Assembly: GCA_902780635.1 (NCBI GenBank)
Contig: CACZGH010000009.1
Location: 23,557 to 87,556 of the forward strand
Direction: 5' to 3'
DNA length: 64,000 bases
Source: an uncultured Prevotellaceae bacterium
GTDB taxonomy: Bacteria; Bacteroidota; Bacteroidia; Bacteroidales; Bacteroidaceae
In this document: positions 45,346 through 55,792 of the stretch, one piece after another
How positions within the stretch are numbered: the first letter of the stretch is position 1
How the letters are laid out: every line of letters starts with the position of its first letter
The notes under the pieces: generated by a model
Database searches by the model: none
What the model saw: the letters and a program-made list of their open reading frames with translations, nothing else
Told to the model about the DNA's origin: nothing
Translations under genes and position numbers: made by a program

Positions 45346-45353
45346 CAAATATA
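45346..45353 (-). promoter_or_regulatory. -7 promoter motif TATATTTG upstream of the sigma-factor gene
   Basis: Matches TAnnTTTG on the minus strand, about 100 nt before the ATG. Confidence 0.4.
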
Positions 45354-45456
45354 AATACTTTTGTCCATCTGTGCAAATTTTTAACAAAAAAATGAAGTTT
45401 TATATATCCATGCTCAAAAAAAGAGGATAATATTTTGTTTTTTTGACCACTTTCAC

Positions 45457-45464
45457 TATCTTTG
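45457..45464 (+). promoter_or_regulatory. -7 promoter motif TATCTTTG immediately upstream of the cobalamin riboswitch
   Basis: Matches TAnnTTTG. The aptamer starts within about 5 nt. Confidence 0.55.
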
Positions 45465-45465
45465 C

Positions 45466-45632
45466 AACGGAAAGGTTCGCTATACGCGATGAACAAGGGA
45501 ATGGGGTGTGAGTCCCCAACTGTCCCGCAGCTGTGAGTTCCATTATAGCTATAGGCAAAAGGCCACTGTCGCCATCAATGACGGGAAGGCGCCTATAGAG
45601 GAACATAGTCAGAATACCTGCCTTTTCAAGTA
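45466..45632 (+). ncRNA. cobalamin (B12) riboswitch aptamer
   Basis: The core motifs appear in the correct order: GGTTCGC..AAGGGAATGGGGTGTGAGTCCCCAACTGTCCCGCAGCTGTGAG, then GCCACTG (45562-45568), then GGGAAGGCG, then the B12 box AGTCAGAATACCTGCC (45607-45622). Boundaries are approximate. Confidence 0.88.
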
Positions 45633-45830
45633 AGCTCAGGCTTGCCAGACTCTCTCGATGCAAGGGACGACGGCGCAACTGATACAAACGGCACACCCAC
45701 TCATGGACAAGGCAGCAGCCTGCTTTGTCGGCATTGGGAGAAATAGGCTTTGTTGGCAGGGTCAATAGGCTTTGTTCTCATATAGCACCTATCAGTGAAC
45801 ATCAACCGAAGTGTATTATATAAGTTTCAA

Positions 45831-45865
45831 AAGAAGCGAGACCGTGAGGCCTCGCTCTTTTGTTT
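45831..45865 (+). terminator. intrinsic terminator about 200 nt downstream of the riboswitch aptamer
   Basis: Stem GCGAG-A-CC pairs with GG-C-CTCGC around a GTGA (GNRA) tetraloop, followed by TCTTTTGTTT. Confidence 0.6.
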
Positions 45866-46101
45866 GGTAACTAGCAGAAGGCTCTGTCCTCCATATTACA
45901 TCTTCTTTGCTGCAGCAAACACCACGAAGAGCATGAAATATGCAGATTAATGACTGAAAATCAGGGCGTTTTAAGGGCAATCAATTAAAATAAATTAAAA
46001 ATGTTACAAAACTAAAAGAAAATGTAACATTAGATTTTAAACTTTTTCGAAACCACAAACTTACTGCAACACATCAAAAAGACATCATCATGATAAATGG
46101 A

Positions 46102-46109
46102 TAACTTTG
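46102..46109 (+). promoter_or_regulatory. -7 promoter motif TAACTTTG upstream of the fasciclin/SusCD locus
   Basis: Matches TAnnTTTG, 95 nt before ATG 46204. Confidence 0.5.
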
Positions 46110-46203
46110 CATCGTAAAATTTACTAAAGCAACGACTTGATAACTAAATGTTGAATACATCGCTGTCAAAAATACAAGCAACAATTAATAATTAAAAACT
46201 CTT

Positions 46204-48741
46204 ATGAAAATCCGAAAACATTTCTGGAATCGATGCCGATATCTTCTGTTGGCAGCCGGAGTCATGTTTGCCGGTGGTACCATGCTGACCTCATGCTCGG
46301 AGTATGACCTCGACGAGAGAACACCCGAAGGATGGGGATCCAGCATCTACAGTTGGTTGCAGGAAAACGGCAACTACACCAACACCGTGCGAATGATCGA
46401 CGACCTCGGCTACAAGGAGGTACTGGCAAAAACCGGCTCAAAAACGCTCTTCGTCGCTGACGATGACGCATACAAACGGTTTTTCCAAAACAACAGGTGG
46501 GGAGTGAGAAGTTACGAACAACTTTCTACGTCACAGAAAAAACTGCTCCTTTTCGGCAGCATGATGGACAACTCCATGCAGCTCAACAGCTTGCCAAGCG
46601 TAGAGGGAACACCGCCACGTGAGGGTGAGTGTATGCGACGCTTCGCATCCAACACACCCTACGACTCAGTGAGTGTGCTCAATGCCAGCCAAATGCCTGA
46701 CAACCCCTACTGGAGCCGTTACAAGGAGTCGGGGCAGCCCATGGTATGCATGACCGACAACTCCGTAGTGCCTCTTGTGCAGTTTATAGAGAAACAGTTG
46801 GTCAACAAACGCATCACTAACAGTGACTACGACTTCCTGTATAATAATACAACACACCGTGAGTCGGGCGACGCCAGTGTCAATGGTGTACAAGTGGAAG
46901 AGCCCAACATCAAATGCTCCAATGGTTTCATCCACAAAATGAGCGAGGTGATCACACCACTGCCCAACATGGCTGAGTTGGTCGCACAGAAGCCCTTGGT
47001 CAGCCGTTTCAACCGCCTGCTGGAGCGTTTCTGCGCACCTTACTGGGTGGGGGAGGCCACCACAACCCAATACAATTATCTCTATAATAAAAATGTGGAC
47101 TCTGTATACCAGAAGCGATTCTTCTCTGAGAAATCACAAGGAGGACTGCCTCTCAATGCCACACCTGACAACGGGCCTGTCAACGGTCTGTTGAAATACG
47201 ACCCAGAATGGAACGCATACTATGCCGGACTTGACGATCAGGGCGGCAATATCGCACTACAGCGTGACATGGCCGTGATGATGGTGCCCAGCGACAAGGC
47301 TTTGGATGAGTACTGGAACTCAGGGGCTGGAAAGGTGCTCAGAGACTACTACGGCACGTGGGAGAATGTGCCCGACGAGGTGGTGGTGAAGTTGCTCAAC
47401 AACAACATGCTCAGCTCCTTTGTCTCATCTGTGCCTTCCAAGTTCCAGGGTATCCTCAACGATGCCAACGACCCGATGGGCGTGGAGCAGGAAGCCATCG
47501 ACTCTGTATGGCTGGGGTGCAACGGTGCCATCTATCTCACCAACCGCGTCTACTCCCCCACGGCTTATGTGAGCGTATCATTCCCTGCACTGGTCAACGA
47601 GACCATGAAAATCATCTACTGGGGTATCGAGCAGTTGCAATACAATGTGTATCTCAACTCACTCAACTCTTACTACAGTTTCTTTATACCCACCAACAAG
47701 TCATTGCTCGAGTACATCGACCCATGCTCCTATGGCAAGAGCCAGACACAGCTCTTCCGATTCCACTACGACCCCACCAAGGTCAACGTCAACGACCGCG
47801 TGTGGGCCAGCATCTGGAACTATGACACTGAGACAGGAGAGGTGGGAGACTCTATCGGCCGCGCAGGCTACGACATGGTGTGCAACCGACTGAAAGATAT
47901 CCTCGACACACATATCGTTATAGGTAATGTGGAAGACGGGCAGACCTTCTACCGCACAAAAGGTGGAACAGAGATCCGCGTCACCAACCCACAGGCAGGA
48001 GCCAACGGCATGACCGTGGAGGGAAGCTATCAGATGAATGAGGGACAGCCCATCCGCGTCAGTTATATCTACGACCAGACTCAGGGTGGAAACGGCAAGA
48101 GCTACATCCTCGACGACCAGCCCATCCTCGGCACAAGAAATACCGTGCGCGATGTGCTCGCCAGCAGGCCTGAGTTCTCCAAATTCCTTGAACTGATGGA
48201 CGGCAGCGGACTGTTTGAGCAAATACACCTCCGTCGCAACGCATGTGGTGGTACCAACATCTCGGTATTCAACACCTATCATTATACCATCTACGTGCCT
48301 ACCAACTCCAGTATCGAAGAGTTGCAGCGTCAGGGAAAACTCTCATCATGGGAAGCTGTCGACGCATGGGAGGAAGCCGGCAATCTGACCGCCAAGACAC
48401 AAGACTCACTGCAGATTGTCAACTTCCTGAAATACCACATCCAGGACAATGCCCTCTTCATCGGTGCAGGGGAAGACGCTGGCGACTTTGAGACAGCTGT
48501 CGTCGACCCAAAAACTGAGCGTTTCTACCGTGTCTCCGCTACCCTCAGCAACAACGGCATCACGCTCATTGACTATGCGAAGAACACACGCCATGTGGTC
48601 ACCACCGACCCACGTCTCTACAATCTCGTGGCTCGTGAGTTCCAGTACAACACCACCGACGCCTCTAATGCTAGCAACATTGAGACCAGTTCCTCGGCCG
48701 TTATCCACCTTATCGACAAACCGTTGTTGATTAAAAATTGA
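46204..48741 (+). CDS. large surface lipoprotein with about four fasciclin (FAS1)-like repeats
   Basis: Lipobox MLTSCSEY. FAS1 H1/H2-type motifs recur: KTLFVADDDAYKRF / SNGFIHKMSEVITPL, VMMVPSDKALDEYW / CNGAIYLTNRVYSP, SFFIPTNKSLLEYI, and YTIYVPTNSSIEEL / SSAVIHLIDKPLL. Confidence 0.75.
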   Translation: MKIRKHFWNRCRYLLLAAGVMFAGGTMLTSCSEYDLDERTPEGWGSSIYSWLQENGNYTNTVRMIDDLGYKEVLAKTGSKTLFVADDDAYKRFFQNNRWGVRSYEQLSTSQKKLLLFGSMMDNSMQLNSLPSVEGTPPREGECMRRFASNTPYDSVSVLNASQMPDNPYWSRYKESGQPMVCMTDNSVVPLVQFIEKQLVNKRITNSDYDFLYNNTTHRESGDASVNGVQVEEPNIKCSNGFIHKMSEVITPLPNMAELVAQKPLVSRFNRLLERFCAPYWVGEATTTQYNYLYNKNVDSVYQKRFFSEKSQGGLPLNATPDNGPVNGLLKYDPEWNAYYAGLDDQGGNIALQRDMAVMMVPSDKALDEYWNSGAGKVLRDYYGTWENVPDEVVVKLLNNNMLSSFVSSVPSKFQGILNDANDPMGVEQEAIDSVWLGCNGAIYLTNRVYSPTAYVSVSFPALVNETMKIIYWGIEQLQYNVYLNSLNSYYSFFIPTNKSLLEYIDPCSYGKSQTQLFRFHYDPTKVNVNDRVWASIWNYDTETGEVGDSIGRAGYDMVCNRLKDILDTHIVIGNVEDGQTFYRTKGGTEIRVTNPQAGANGMTVEGSYQMNEGQPIRVSYIYDQTQGGNGKSYILDDQPILGTRNTVRDVLASRPEFSKFLELMDGSGLFEQIHLRRNACGGTNISVFNTYHYTIYVPTNSSIEELQRQGKLSSWEAVDAWEEAGNLTAKTQDSLQIVNFLKYHIQDNALFIGAGEDAGDFETAVVDPKTERFYRVSATLSNNGITLIDYAKNTRHVVTTDPRLYNLVAREFQYNTTDASNASNIETSSSAVIHLIDKPLLIKN

Positions 48742-48746
48742 AGAAG

Positions 48747-51700
48747 ATGGAAACAAAAAGAATCATTAGCATCATAGGATTGATAATTTTCTTCTTTCAA
48801 TTATCAATTGTAAAATCGTCAGCACAAAATGCAGGCGACATCATCAGCGGTACAGTGACCGACGCCGATGGCCCTATCATCGGTGCCAACGTAGTGGAAA
48901 TCGACGCCGCCAACCGTATCATCGTATCAGCAGTGACCGACATCAACGGTAACTTCTCCTTCAAGGTGAAAAATCCAAAAGACAAACTGCGATTCACCTA
49001 CGTGGGATACAAGACCGTCACCATGCCGATTAACAGGCACAAATACAATGTCACCATGTCCGACGGCAGCGAACTCGAAGGTGTCGTCGTCACCTCGAAA
49101 CGGCGTGCACAAGGCTCTGGCCTCGCCATCCCTGTAGATGAAATCTCCGCCGCACGACAGAGCATCGACATGTCCGAGTTCACCGGACTGGCCATCACCA
49201 CCGTCGACGAAGCCCTCCAGGGACGTATCGCTGGTCTTGACATCGTGGCCAACTCTGGTAACCTCGGCTCCGGCACCTCCATGCGTCTGCGTGGTGTGTC
49301 GAGTATCAACGGCAGCAGTGAGCCTCTGATCGTGGTCGATGGCAACGTCTGGGAAACCAACGTCAACGACTTCGACTTCTCTTCTGCCAATGAGGAGAAA
49401 TTCGCAGAACTGCTCAACGTCAACCCCGAGGACATCGAGAGTATCGCCGTGCTGAAAGACGCCGCAGCCACAGCCATCTGGGGTTCGCAAGGCTCCAACG
49501 GTGTGATTGAGATCAAGACCAAACGTGGTACACGCGGTCCCACAAGGGCCAGCTACAGCCTGCGTATGACGGGTACTTACCAACCCACCGGCTACAACAT
49601 GCTCAACGGCGACGAGTACACCATGCTGCTCAAGGAAGAGTATTTCAACCCCTCCATGAGCGACGCGTCCAGCGACATTCCTGAGCTCAACTACAACCCC
49701 AGCTTCCCTGAGTACGAAATGTACAACAACAACACCGACTGGTTGAAAGCTGTCAAGCAGACCGGTCTGCGACAGAACCATTACCTCGCGCTCAGCGGTG
49801 GTGGTGAAAAGGCCAACTTCCGCATCGGTGCCGGTTATGACCATGAGACAGGCTCTATCATCAAGCAGGTGCTCGACCGCTTCACCTCACGTGTCAACCT
49901 CGACTACTTCGTGAGCGACCGTATCAAGATCGAGACCAATATCGCACTCACCTACACAAAAAATCAGAAAAACAATGGCGACCTGCTCTCCATCGGCTAT
50001 AGGCGTATGCCCAATCTTTCTATCTATGAGCAGGACAAAAATGGCAATGACCTTGACGAGTACTACAGCATGCTACCCACCGTGTCAAGCCAACTGCGCG
50101 ACCAGCTCAATGACAAAAACCCCGTGGCACTGGCTCATCTAGCCAAGAATCACGAGACCAGCTACAACATCGAGCCGGAATTCAAACTGCGCTACAACCT
50201 CTTAGGCCTGTCTGAGAGACAGACACGCCTCAGCTACGAGGGTAAAGTGGTGTTCAACATCTTCAACCGCTACGAGGACACTTTCATGCCGCTCTCGCTC
50301 AGCACCACAGGATGGAACGACACCAACGGGAAACAGAGCAACCGCTCCACGGCCAACTCTTCCAAGAGTTTCGGCGTCACCACTACCCACACCCTTACTT
50401 TCACACCTGCTTTCAAAAATGCAGACCACTCTCTCATGATGATGCTTCGTGGACAGCTCACCAGTGGTAACTCCACCTCACAGGGCACCACCGTATGGGG
50501 TCTACCCTCTGGCACCATCATCAGCACCGCATCGCCAGGCATCATCGACGGCATCAGCACAGGAAGCGGACAGTGGCGTAGCATCTACTTCACCTACTCC
50601 GCACACTATGCTTACAAAGGCAAATACATGGCCGACTTCTCCGTACGTCGTGACGGTAGCACCAAGTTCGGTGCCGACCAGCGCTGGGGTAACTTCCCTG
50701 CCTTCTCTCTCCGCTGGAACATCCACAAAGAGAAATTCTTCAGCGAGGCACTGCCCTGGATCTCCACCCTCTCCATCCGTCCAGGATGGGGTATCGTGGG
50801 TCGACAGCCTGGCTCTGAGTACCTCTACTTCAGCAAATATGCCAATGGCAGCGGCTACATGAACGAGCGAAGCATCTACCCGCAGAACATTCAGCTCAAA
50901 AATCTGAAATGGGAGCAGAAAGAGACCTACAATGTCGGTATGGACTTCGGTTTCTTCAACGAACGACTCACTGGTAATGTAGAGCTTTACCGCCAGTACA
51001 CCTCCGACCTGCTCATGGGCGGACGAGGCATCCCCACCTCTTCTGGTTACTCTCAGCTGGCATGGCAAAATGTGGGCGACATGAAAAACATTGGATGGGA
51101 GTTCAACATCAATGCCTACCACATCCTCCGGGCTGGAAAATTCAGCGTCGACTTCAACGTGACCTTCGCCAACAACAAGAACCAGATCACCGCCATGGAG
51201 GAGACTTGTCTGGCCAGCCTCAACAACGAGTTCGACCGCAACAACGGCTCCTACCTCACTCGCGTGGAACTCAACCGCGCACTCGGAAGCATCTACGGAT
51301 TCCGCTACAAAGGTGTGTACCAGTATTCTGACTACACACCAGAGGAAATCAAAGGTGTGAGCGGCCCCAACGCACCAGTGGTGCGCGACGCCAACGACGT
51401 GGTCATCATCGACGAGAACAACATGACCAAGCCTATGACCTTCTGCTACGGCTCTGTCAACTATGAGTTCCGCGGCGGTGATGCCATTTATGAGGATGTC
51501 AACCACGACGGACAGATCAACGAGCTCGACATTGTATATTTAGGCTCATCACTGCCCAAATTCACCGGCGGTTTCGGCTTCAAGCTCAATTTCGGACGTC
51601 TGACATGGAACAACCAGTTCAACTTCCGCTATGGCAACAAGATTGTCAACAAAGCACGAATGAACGCCGAGAACATGTACTCCAACAACAACCAGAGCCG

Positions 51701-52043
51701 CGCTGTCAACTGGCGCTGGCGTGTGGAGGGTGACGTGACAGAGATACCACGAGCTCTCTACCAGTATGGATACAACTGGCTCGGAAGCGACCGCTTCGTA
51801 GAAGACGGTTCCTTCATCCGACTCAACTACTCTCAGCTCAGCTACTCTCTCGATCCAAGAATCATCAAACGATTAGGACTCACCCAACTGAGCTTCTACA
51901 TTTCGGCCAACAACCTGTTCTGCCTCACAAAATACTCGGGTGCAGACCCAGAGGTCGGATACGGCAGCTTCGGACTGGTGACTGACAACGCACAGACACC
52001 GCGCTCGAAGTCATTCACCGGAGGTATCACCATACAATTCTAA
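48747..52043 (+). CDS. SusC/RagA-family TonB-dependent outer-membrane transporter (copy 1)
   Basis: Has a signal peptide, a CarboxypepD_reg-like start (ISGTVTDADGPIIGANVV), a plug (IVVDGNVWE, GVIEIKTKRG), a ~1100-aa barrel and a terminal F. The ORF-track start at 48738 is TTG. Confidence 0.92.
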   Translation: METKRIISIIGLIIFFFQLSIVKSSAQNAGDIISGTVTDADGPIIGANVVEIDAANRIIVSAVTDINGNFSFKVKNPKDKLRFTYVGYKTVTMPINRHKYNVTMSDGSELEGVVVTSKRRAQGSGLAIPVDEISAARQSIDMSEFTGLAITTVDEALQGRIAGLDIVANSGNLGSGTSMRLRGVSSINGSSEPLIVVDGNVWETNVNDFDFSSANEEKFAELLNVNPEDIESIAVLKDAAATAIWGSQGSNGVIEIKTKRGTRGPTRASYSLRMTGTYQPTGYNMLNGDEYTMLLKEEYFNPSMSDASSDIPELNYNPSFPEYEMYNNNTDWLKAVKQTGLRQNHYLALSGGGEKANFRIGAGYDHETGSIIKQVLDRFTSRVNLDYFVSDRIKIETNIALTYTKNQKNNGDLLSIGYRRMPNLSIYEQDKNGNDLDEYYSMLPTVSSQLRDQLNDKNPVALAHLAKNHETSYNIEPEFKLRYNLLGLSERQTRLSYEGKVVFNIFNRYEDTFMPLSLSTTGWNDTNGKQSNRSTANSSKSFGVTTTHTLTFTPAFKNADHSLMMMLRGQLTSGNSTSQGTTVWGLPSGTIISTASPGIIDGISTGSGQWRSIYFTYSAHYAYKGKYMADFSVRRDGSTKFGADQRWGNFPAFSLRWNIHKEKFFSEALPWISTLSIRPGWGIVGRQPGSEYLYFSKYANGSGYMNERSIYPQNIQLKNLKWEQKETYNVGMDFGFFNERLTGNVELYRQYTSDLLMGGRGIPTSSGYSQLAWQNVGDMKNIGWEFNINAYHILRAGKFSVDFNVTFANNKNQITAMEETCLASLNNEFDRNNGSYLTRVELNRALGSIYGFRYKGVYQYSDYTPEEIKGVSGPNAPVVRDANDVVIIDENNMTKPMTFCYGSVNYEFRGGDAIYEDVNHDGQINELDIVYLGSSLPKFTGGFGFKLNFGRLTWNNQFNFRYGNKIVNKARMNAENMYSNNNQSRAVNWRWRVEGDVTEIPRALYQYGYNWLGSDRFVEDGSFIRLNYSQLSYSLDPRIIKRLGLTQLSFYISANNLFCLTKYSGADPEVGYGSFGLVTDNAQTPRSKSFTGGITIQF

Positions 52044-52063
52044 CAGATAACGGCTTTTGGATT

Positions 52064-53755
52064 ATGAAAAAATTATTATATCAGTTCAAATATATCATCT
52101 GCGCCGTCGCTATGACAGCCCCACTGACAGGATGCTCCGACTTCCTCGACATCCTGCCAATGAATGAGGTGGTGCTTGAGAACTACTGGACAGAAAAAGG
52201 CGACGTCACGAGCGTGGTCAACAGCTGCTATGAAAGCCTCGAAAACGGCGACTGCATCACAAGAATGGGAGTATGGGGAGAGCTGCGTTCCGACAACCTC
52301 CGCTTAGGCTCCAACGTGCCCAACGAAATCAATGAAATCCTGAAGGAAAACCTGCTGCCATCCAACCCGATGTGCAGTTGGGCACGATTCTATGAGGCCA
52401 TCAACCGTTGCAACACCGTATGCTACTACGCACCACAGGTGCAAGCCATCGACCCCAACTATACGGAGGAGGAGATGCGCGCCAATGTGGCTGAGGCCTC
52501 TGCACTACGCGCACTGTGCTATTTCTATCTCATACGCACTTTCCGTGACGTGCCCTACACCACACAACCCAGCATCGACGACAACCAGGTGTTTGTCAAG
52601 GCTGCGACACCATTCAACGCCGTGCTCGACTCGCTCGTCACTGACCTCGAAAAAGTCAAGGACGATGCCGTGAGCAGGTATTATACCGACGACAGTCCCA
52701 ACGCATACGTCAACTCTAGCCGCATCACACGCTGGGCCATCTACGCACTGCTCGCCGACCTCTATCTGTGGAAAGGCGACTGGGACAACAGCATCAAATA
52801 CTGCGACTTAGTCATCAACTTCAAGCGCAAGCAATATGACGAGATGCTCGAAAGACAGGGCAATGTCAACAATATCGACCTCTTCGGTGGCATCCCCATG
52901 ATTCTCGAGAAACCCATCGGAAGCACCAACTGTGGCAACGCTTATAACGAGATTTTCGGAGAGGGCAACTCTTTTGAGAGCATCTTCGAACTTTACTTCA
53001 GAGCCAACCAAAGCCAGCAGAACACCTGGGTGAGCAACTACTTCGGCAACAACACCAATACCGTAGGACGCCTCACAGCACCCGACTTCCTTTGCAAGGA
53101 TGCGGCACAAGGCAACAACACCATCTTCAAGCGTACCGACGGACGCGTCTACGAGTCCTCAGAGTTGAGCAACTCACGTTATGCGATCACCAAATACGTG
53201 CGTCGCAGCGTCAGTTATTCCAATCAGAACATCACCAAAGACGCTGACCTCAACCTGATGAGTTCAAGACGTAGCAGCGCCGATGCCAACTGGATCTTCT
53301 ACCGACTGAGCGACATGCTGCTCATCAAGGCTGAGGCACAGATACAGAAAGGAGAGGAAAACTATGAGAGCGCTTTCCAACTCATCAACCGCGTCAACAA
53401 GCGAGCCAACGATGTGACAACCAGTGCACGCTCCGATACCCTCAAGATGGCCGACTACATCACATCCAAAATCTCCATGGAAGAACTGCTGATGGAAGAA
53501 CGCCAGAGAGAGTTCATGTTTGAGGGCAAAAGATGGTTCGACCTGGTGCGAATGGCACGACGCGATGGCAACAACAACCGTCTCATCTCTCTTGCATCAC
53601 GCAAGTATATAGAAAATGTGAACGCTATCAAGATTAAGTTGGCTGACCCCAACATCATCTACTTCCCCTACGCTAAGAGTGAGCTGAAAGTCAACCCGCT
53701 GCTCGTGCAGAATCCAGCATTCGGTAACGAGGAAGATACCGAACTCACCAAATAA
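52064..53755 (+). CDS. SusD/RagB-family nutrient-binding lipoprotein (copy 1)
   Basis: Lipobox LTGCSDFLD, TPR-like core, and ERQREFMFEGKRWFDLVRM near the C-terminus. Confidence 0.9.
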   Translation: MKKLLYQFKYIICAVAMTAPLTGCSDFLDILPMNEVVLENYWTEKGDVTSVVNSCYESLENGDCITRMGVWGELRSDNLRLGSNVPNEINEILKENLLPSNPMCSWARFYEAINRCNTVCYYAPQVQAIDPNYTEEEMRANVAEASALRALCYFYLIRTFRDVPYTTQPSIDDNQVFVKAATPFNAVLDSLVTDLEKVKDDAVSRYYTDDSPNAYVNSSRITRWAIYALLADLYLWKGDWDNSIKYCDLVINFKRKQYDEMLERQGNVNNIDLFGGIPMILEKPIGSTNCGNAYNEIFGEGNSFESIFELYFRANQSQQNTWVSNYFGNNTNTVGRLTAPDFLCKDAAQGNNTIFKRTDGRVYESSELSNSRYAITKYVRRSVSYSNQNITKDADLNLMSSRRSSADANWIFYRLSDMLLIKAEAQIQKGEENYESAFQLINRVNKRANDVTTSARSDTLKMADYITSKISMEELLMEERQREFMFEGKRWFDLVRMARRDGNNNRLISLASRKYIENVNAIKIKLADPNIIYFPYAKSELKVNPLLVQNPAFGNEEDTELTK

Positions 53756-53785
53756 ACGTCACACCATCAACAGCAAAACACAACT

Positions 53786-55714
53786 ATGATGACAAAATAT
53801 AAATTTCTCCTACCCGTCATGCTCGTGCTATGCATGGTGGCGTCGTGTGTCGACAATGATGACGACATACCTGAGAACTACTACCAGTCGAAGAAAATGA
53901 CTGCAGCAGCATTCCTTGAGGCCAATGAGAGCCAGTTCAGCCAACTAATCTCTATCCTGAAGCGAACTCCCTACTTCTCCATGCTCTCTACCTACGGTGA
54001 GTTCACCCTCTTCGCACCCAACAACGAGGCCATCGACCGATACCTCGCCAAAAACGGCTTCGGGACCGTGGACAACATCCCCACAGAGACCTGCGACACG
54101 CTGGCACGCACACACATCATCAAGAAAGGGGCATTCTTCACCACTGATATCGGAGAGGGAGCACTACCGGAACTGAACATGGACGACTCCTACATCGTGC
54201 TCTCCAGTGACAGCGATGTGACCAACCACAATGCGCTTGTCTACTATATCAACAAAACCTCACGGATGATCGACTACAACGACTCTGTGACCAACGGTGT
54301 GGTGCACGTGATCAACAACGTCATCTCATCCAGCAACTTGCTGCTGGCTGACAAAATAGCTGAAGACCCCGACCTGACCATCTTCTCGCAGGCGCTACAG
54401 CTCACTGGCATGGCCGACTCGCTCACAAAATACATTGACGAGACGTACTCTTGCAGTGAAGACTCCGTGCATGAGGGAGTCATGGTGAGATGTACATCTG
54501 GATCAGCACTCTACACCCGCTCATTCTGGCCCGAAAAACGATATTTCAAATACACCGCTTTCGTAGAGCCCGACTCCGTCTACCATGCCAAGGGCATCAA
54601 CAACCTCGATGATCTGAAAGCTTATGCCAAACGCATCTACGACGAGACCTTCCCAGAGGATGCCGGACAGTATGACGATGACTTTAAAAACCGCAAAAAC
54701 CCGCTCAACCGTTTCGTGAGCTACCACCTGCTGCCACGCATCGGACAGTATAACAGTTGGGTGATGTCTGGCGACCTGCGTGAGCACTGCTGGTACACCT
54801 CGCTCAGCGACCCAGAAGAGTTCTACGAGACCATGTGCCCCGGCACCATGATGCGCTTCGCTGGACCGCCAGCTGGCCTGTTCATCAACCGCAAGGGACT
54901 GCAAAACAACTTCAGCGTACGTGGTGTGAAAGTGCTCTCACCTTCTGAGTCGGGCACCATCGATCAAAACGCACTCAATGGAGTATATCACTACCTCGAC
55001 GACATCCTCGCCTACACCACACAGGTGAGAGACGTGGTGCTCAACTGCCGCATCCGAATCGATGCCACCGTGCTCAGTCCTGACTTCATGAACTGCAACG
55101 GACGAGGCCGCTATGGCGAGGATATCCTCACTGGCTTCAAAAACCATTACATCACCGACTGGAAAGTAAGTGATGAGACCTACGTCGGTGTACACAGTGA
55201 CGTGGGATACTGGAACTCATACCAGGCCAACGCCGTCTGTATCAGTGGCGTGTTCGACGTGGCTTTCAAACTCCTGCCCGTGCCCTCTGGCACCTACGAG
55301 ATACGTCTCGGATACACGGTCGGAGAAGAGAGAGGTGTGGTGCAAGTCTACCTCAACAATGAGCCCTGCGGCATACCCGTCGACCTGCGTGTCTATGGTC
55401 CCGACCCCAACATCGGATGGGTGGAGGACACCGACGACGAGGAGGAGAACATGGCCAACGACAAAGCCATGCACAACCGTGGCTACATGAAAGGTATGGA
55501 CAGCTATCGCCCATGGGATGCCGACCATCCCCTCCGCGGCAATAACTGGAACCTGCGCCGTGTGCTCGCCACTAAGTATCTCGACTCCAACAAGACTTAT
55601 TACTTGAGGTTCCGACAGGTACTCGACGACCCCGACCGTTACTGGTCGTTCGACTACATCGAGCTATGTCCGAAAAGCGTCTATGGAAGCCCGGAGGGCG
55701 AAGACACCCACTAA
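53786..55714 (+). CDS. fasciclin-domain surface lipoprotein with C-terminal beta-sandwich-like region
   Basis: Lipobox MVASCVDN. FAS1 motifs EFTLFAPNNEAIDRYL and TNGVVHVINNVI. The C-terminal ~200 aa (YEIRLGYTVGEERGVVQVYLNNEP...FDYIELCP) looks like a jelly-roll/CBM-type domain. Confidence 0.75.
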   Translation: MMTKYKFLLPVMLVLCMVASCVDNDDDIPENYYQSKKMTAAAFLEANESQFSQLISILKRTPYFSMLSTYGEFTLFAPNNEAIDRYLAKNGFGTVDNIPTETCDTLARTHIIKKGAFFTTDIGEGALPELNMDDSYIVLSSDSDVTNHNALVYYINKTSRMIDYNDSVTNGVVHVINNVISSSNLLLADKIAEDPDLTIFSQALQLTGMADSLTKYIDETYSCSEDSVHEGVMVRCTSGSALYTRSFWPEKRYFKYTAFVEPDSVYHAKGINNLDDLKAYAKRIYDETFPEDAGQYDDDFKNRKNPLNRFVSYHLLPRIGQYNSWVMSGDLREHCWYTSLSDPEEFYETMCPGTMMRFAGPPAGLFINRKGLQNNFSVRGVKVLSPSESGTIDQNALNGVYHYLDDILAYTTQVRDVVLNCRIRIDATVLSPDFMNCNGRGRYGEDILTGFKNHYITDWKVSDETYVGVHSDVGYWNSYQANAVCISGVFDVAFKLLPVPSGTYEIRLGYTVGEERGVVQVYLNNEPCGIPVDLRVYGPDPNIGWVEDTDDEEENMANDKAMHNRGYMKGMDSYRPWDADHPLRGNNWNLRRVLATKYLDSNKTYYLRFRQVLDDPDRYWSFDYIELCPKSVYGSPEGEDTH

Positions 55715-55792
55715 TTGAGGAATGCAGAGATTTAAATCTCAACAACTCAAAACTCAAAAACGTAATAACTCATCACATAATAAACGTCTATC

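Noticed and set aside
45400-45765. 121-aa minus-strand ORF overlapping the riboswitch region.
   Set aside because: It is the reverse complement of a sequence matching the cobalamin riboswitch core. It has no promoter motif and no family resemblance.
45657-45770. 37-codon + strand ORF (MQGTTAQLIQTAHPLMDKAAACFVGIGRNRLCWQGQ) downstream of the riboswitch, as a possible regulated gene.
   Set aside because: It has no recognisable family and begins 35 nt after the B12 box with no obvious sequestration logic. I cannot support it as coding, but it should be rechecked if conserved.
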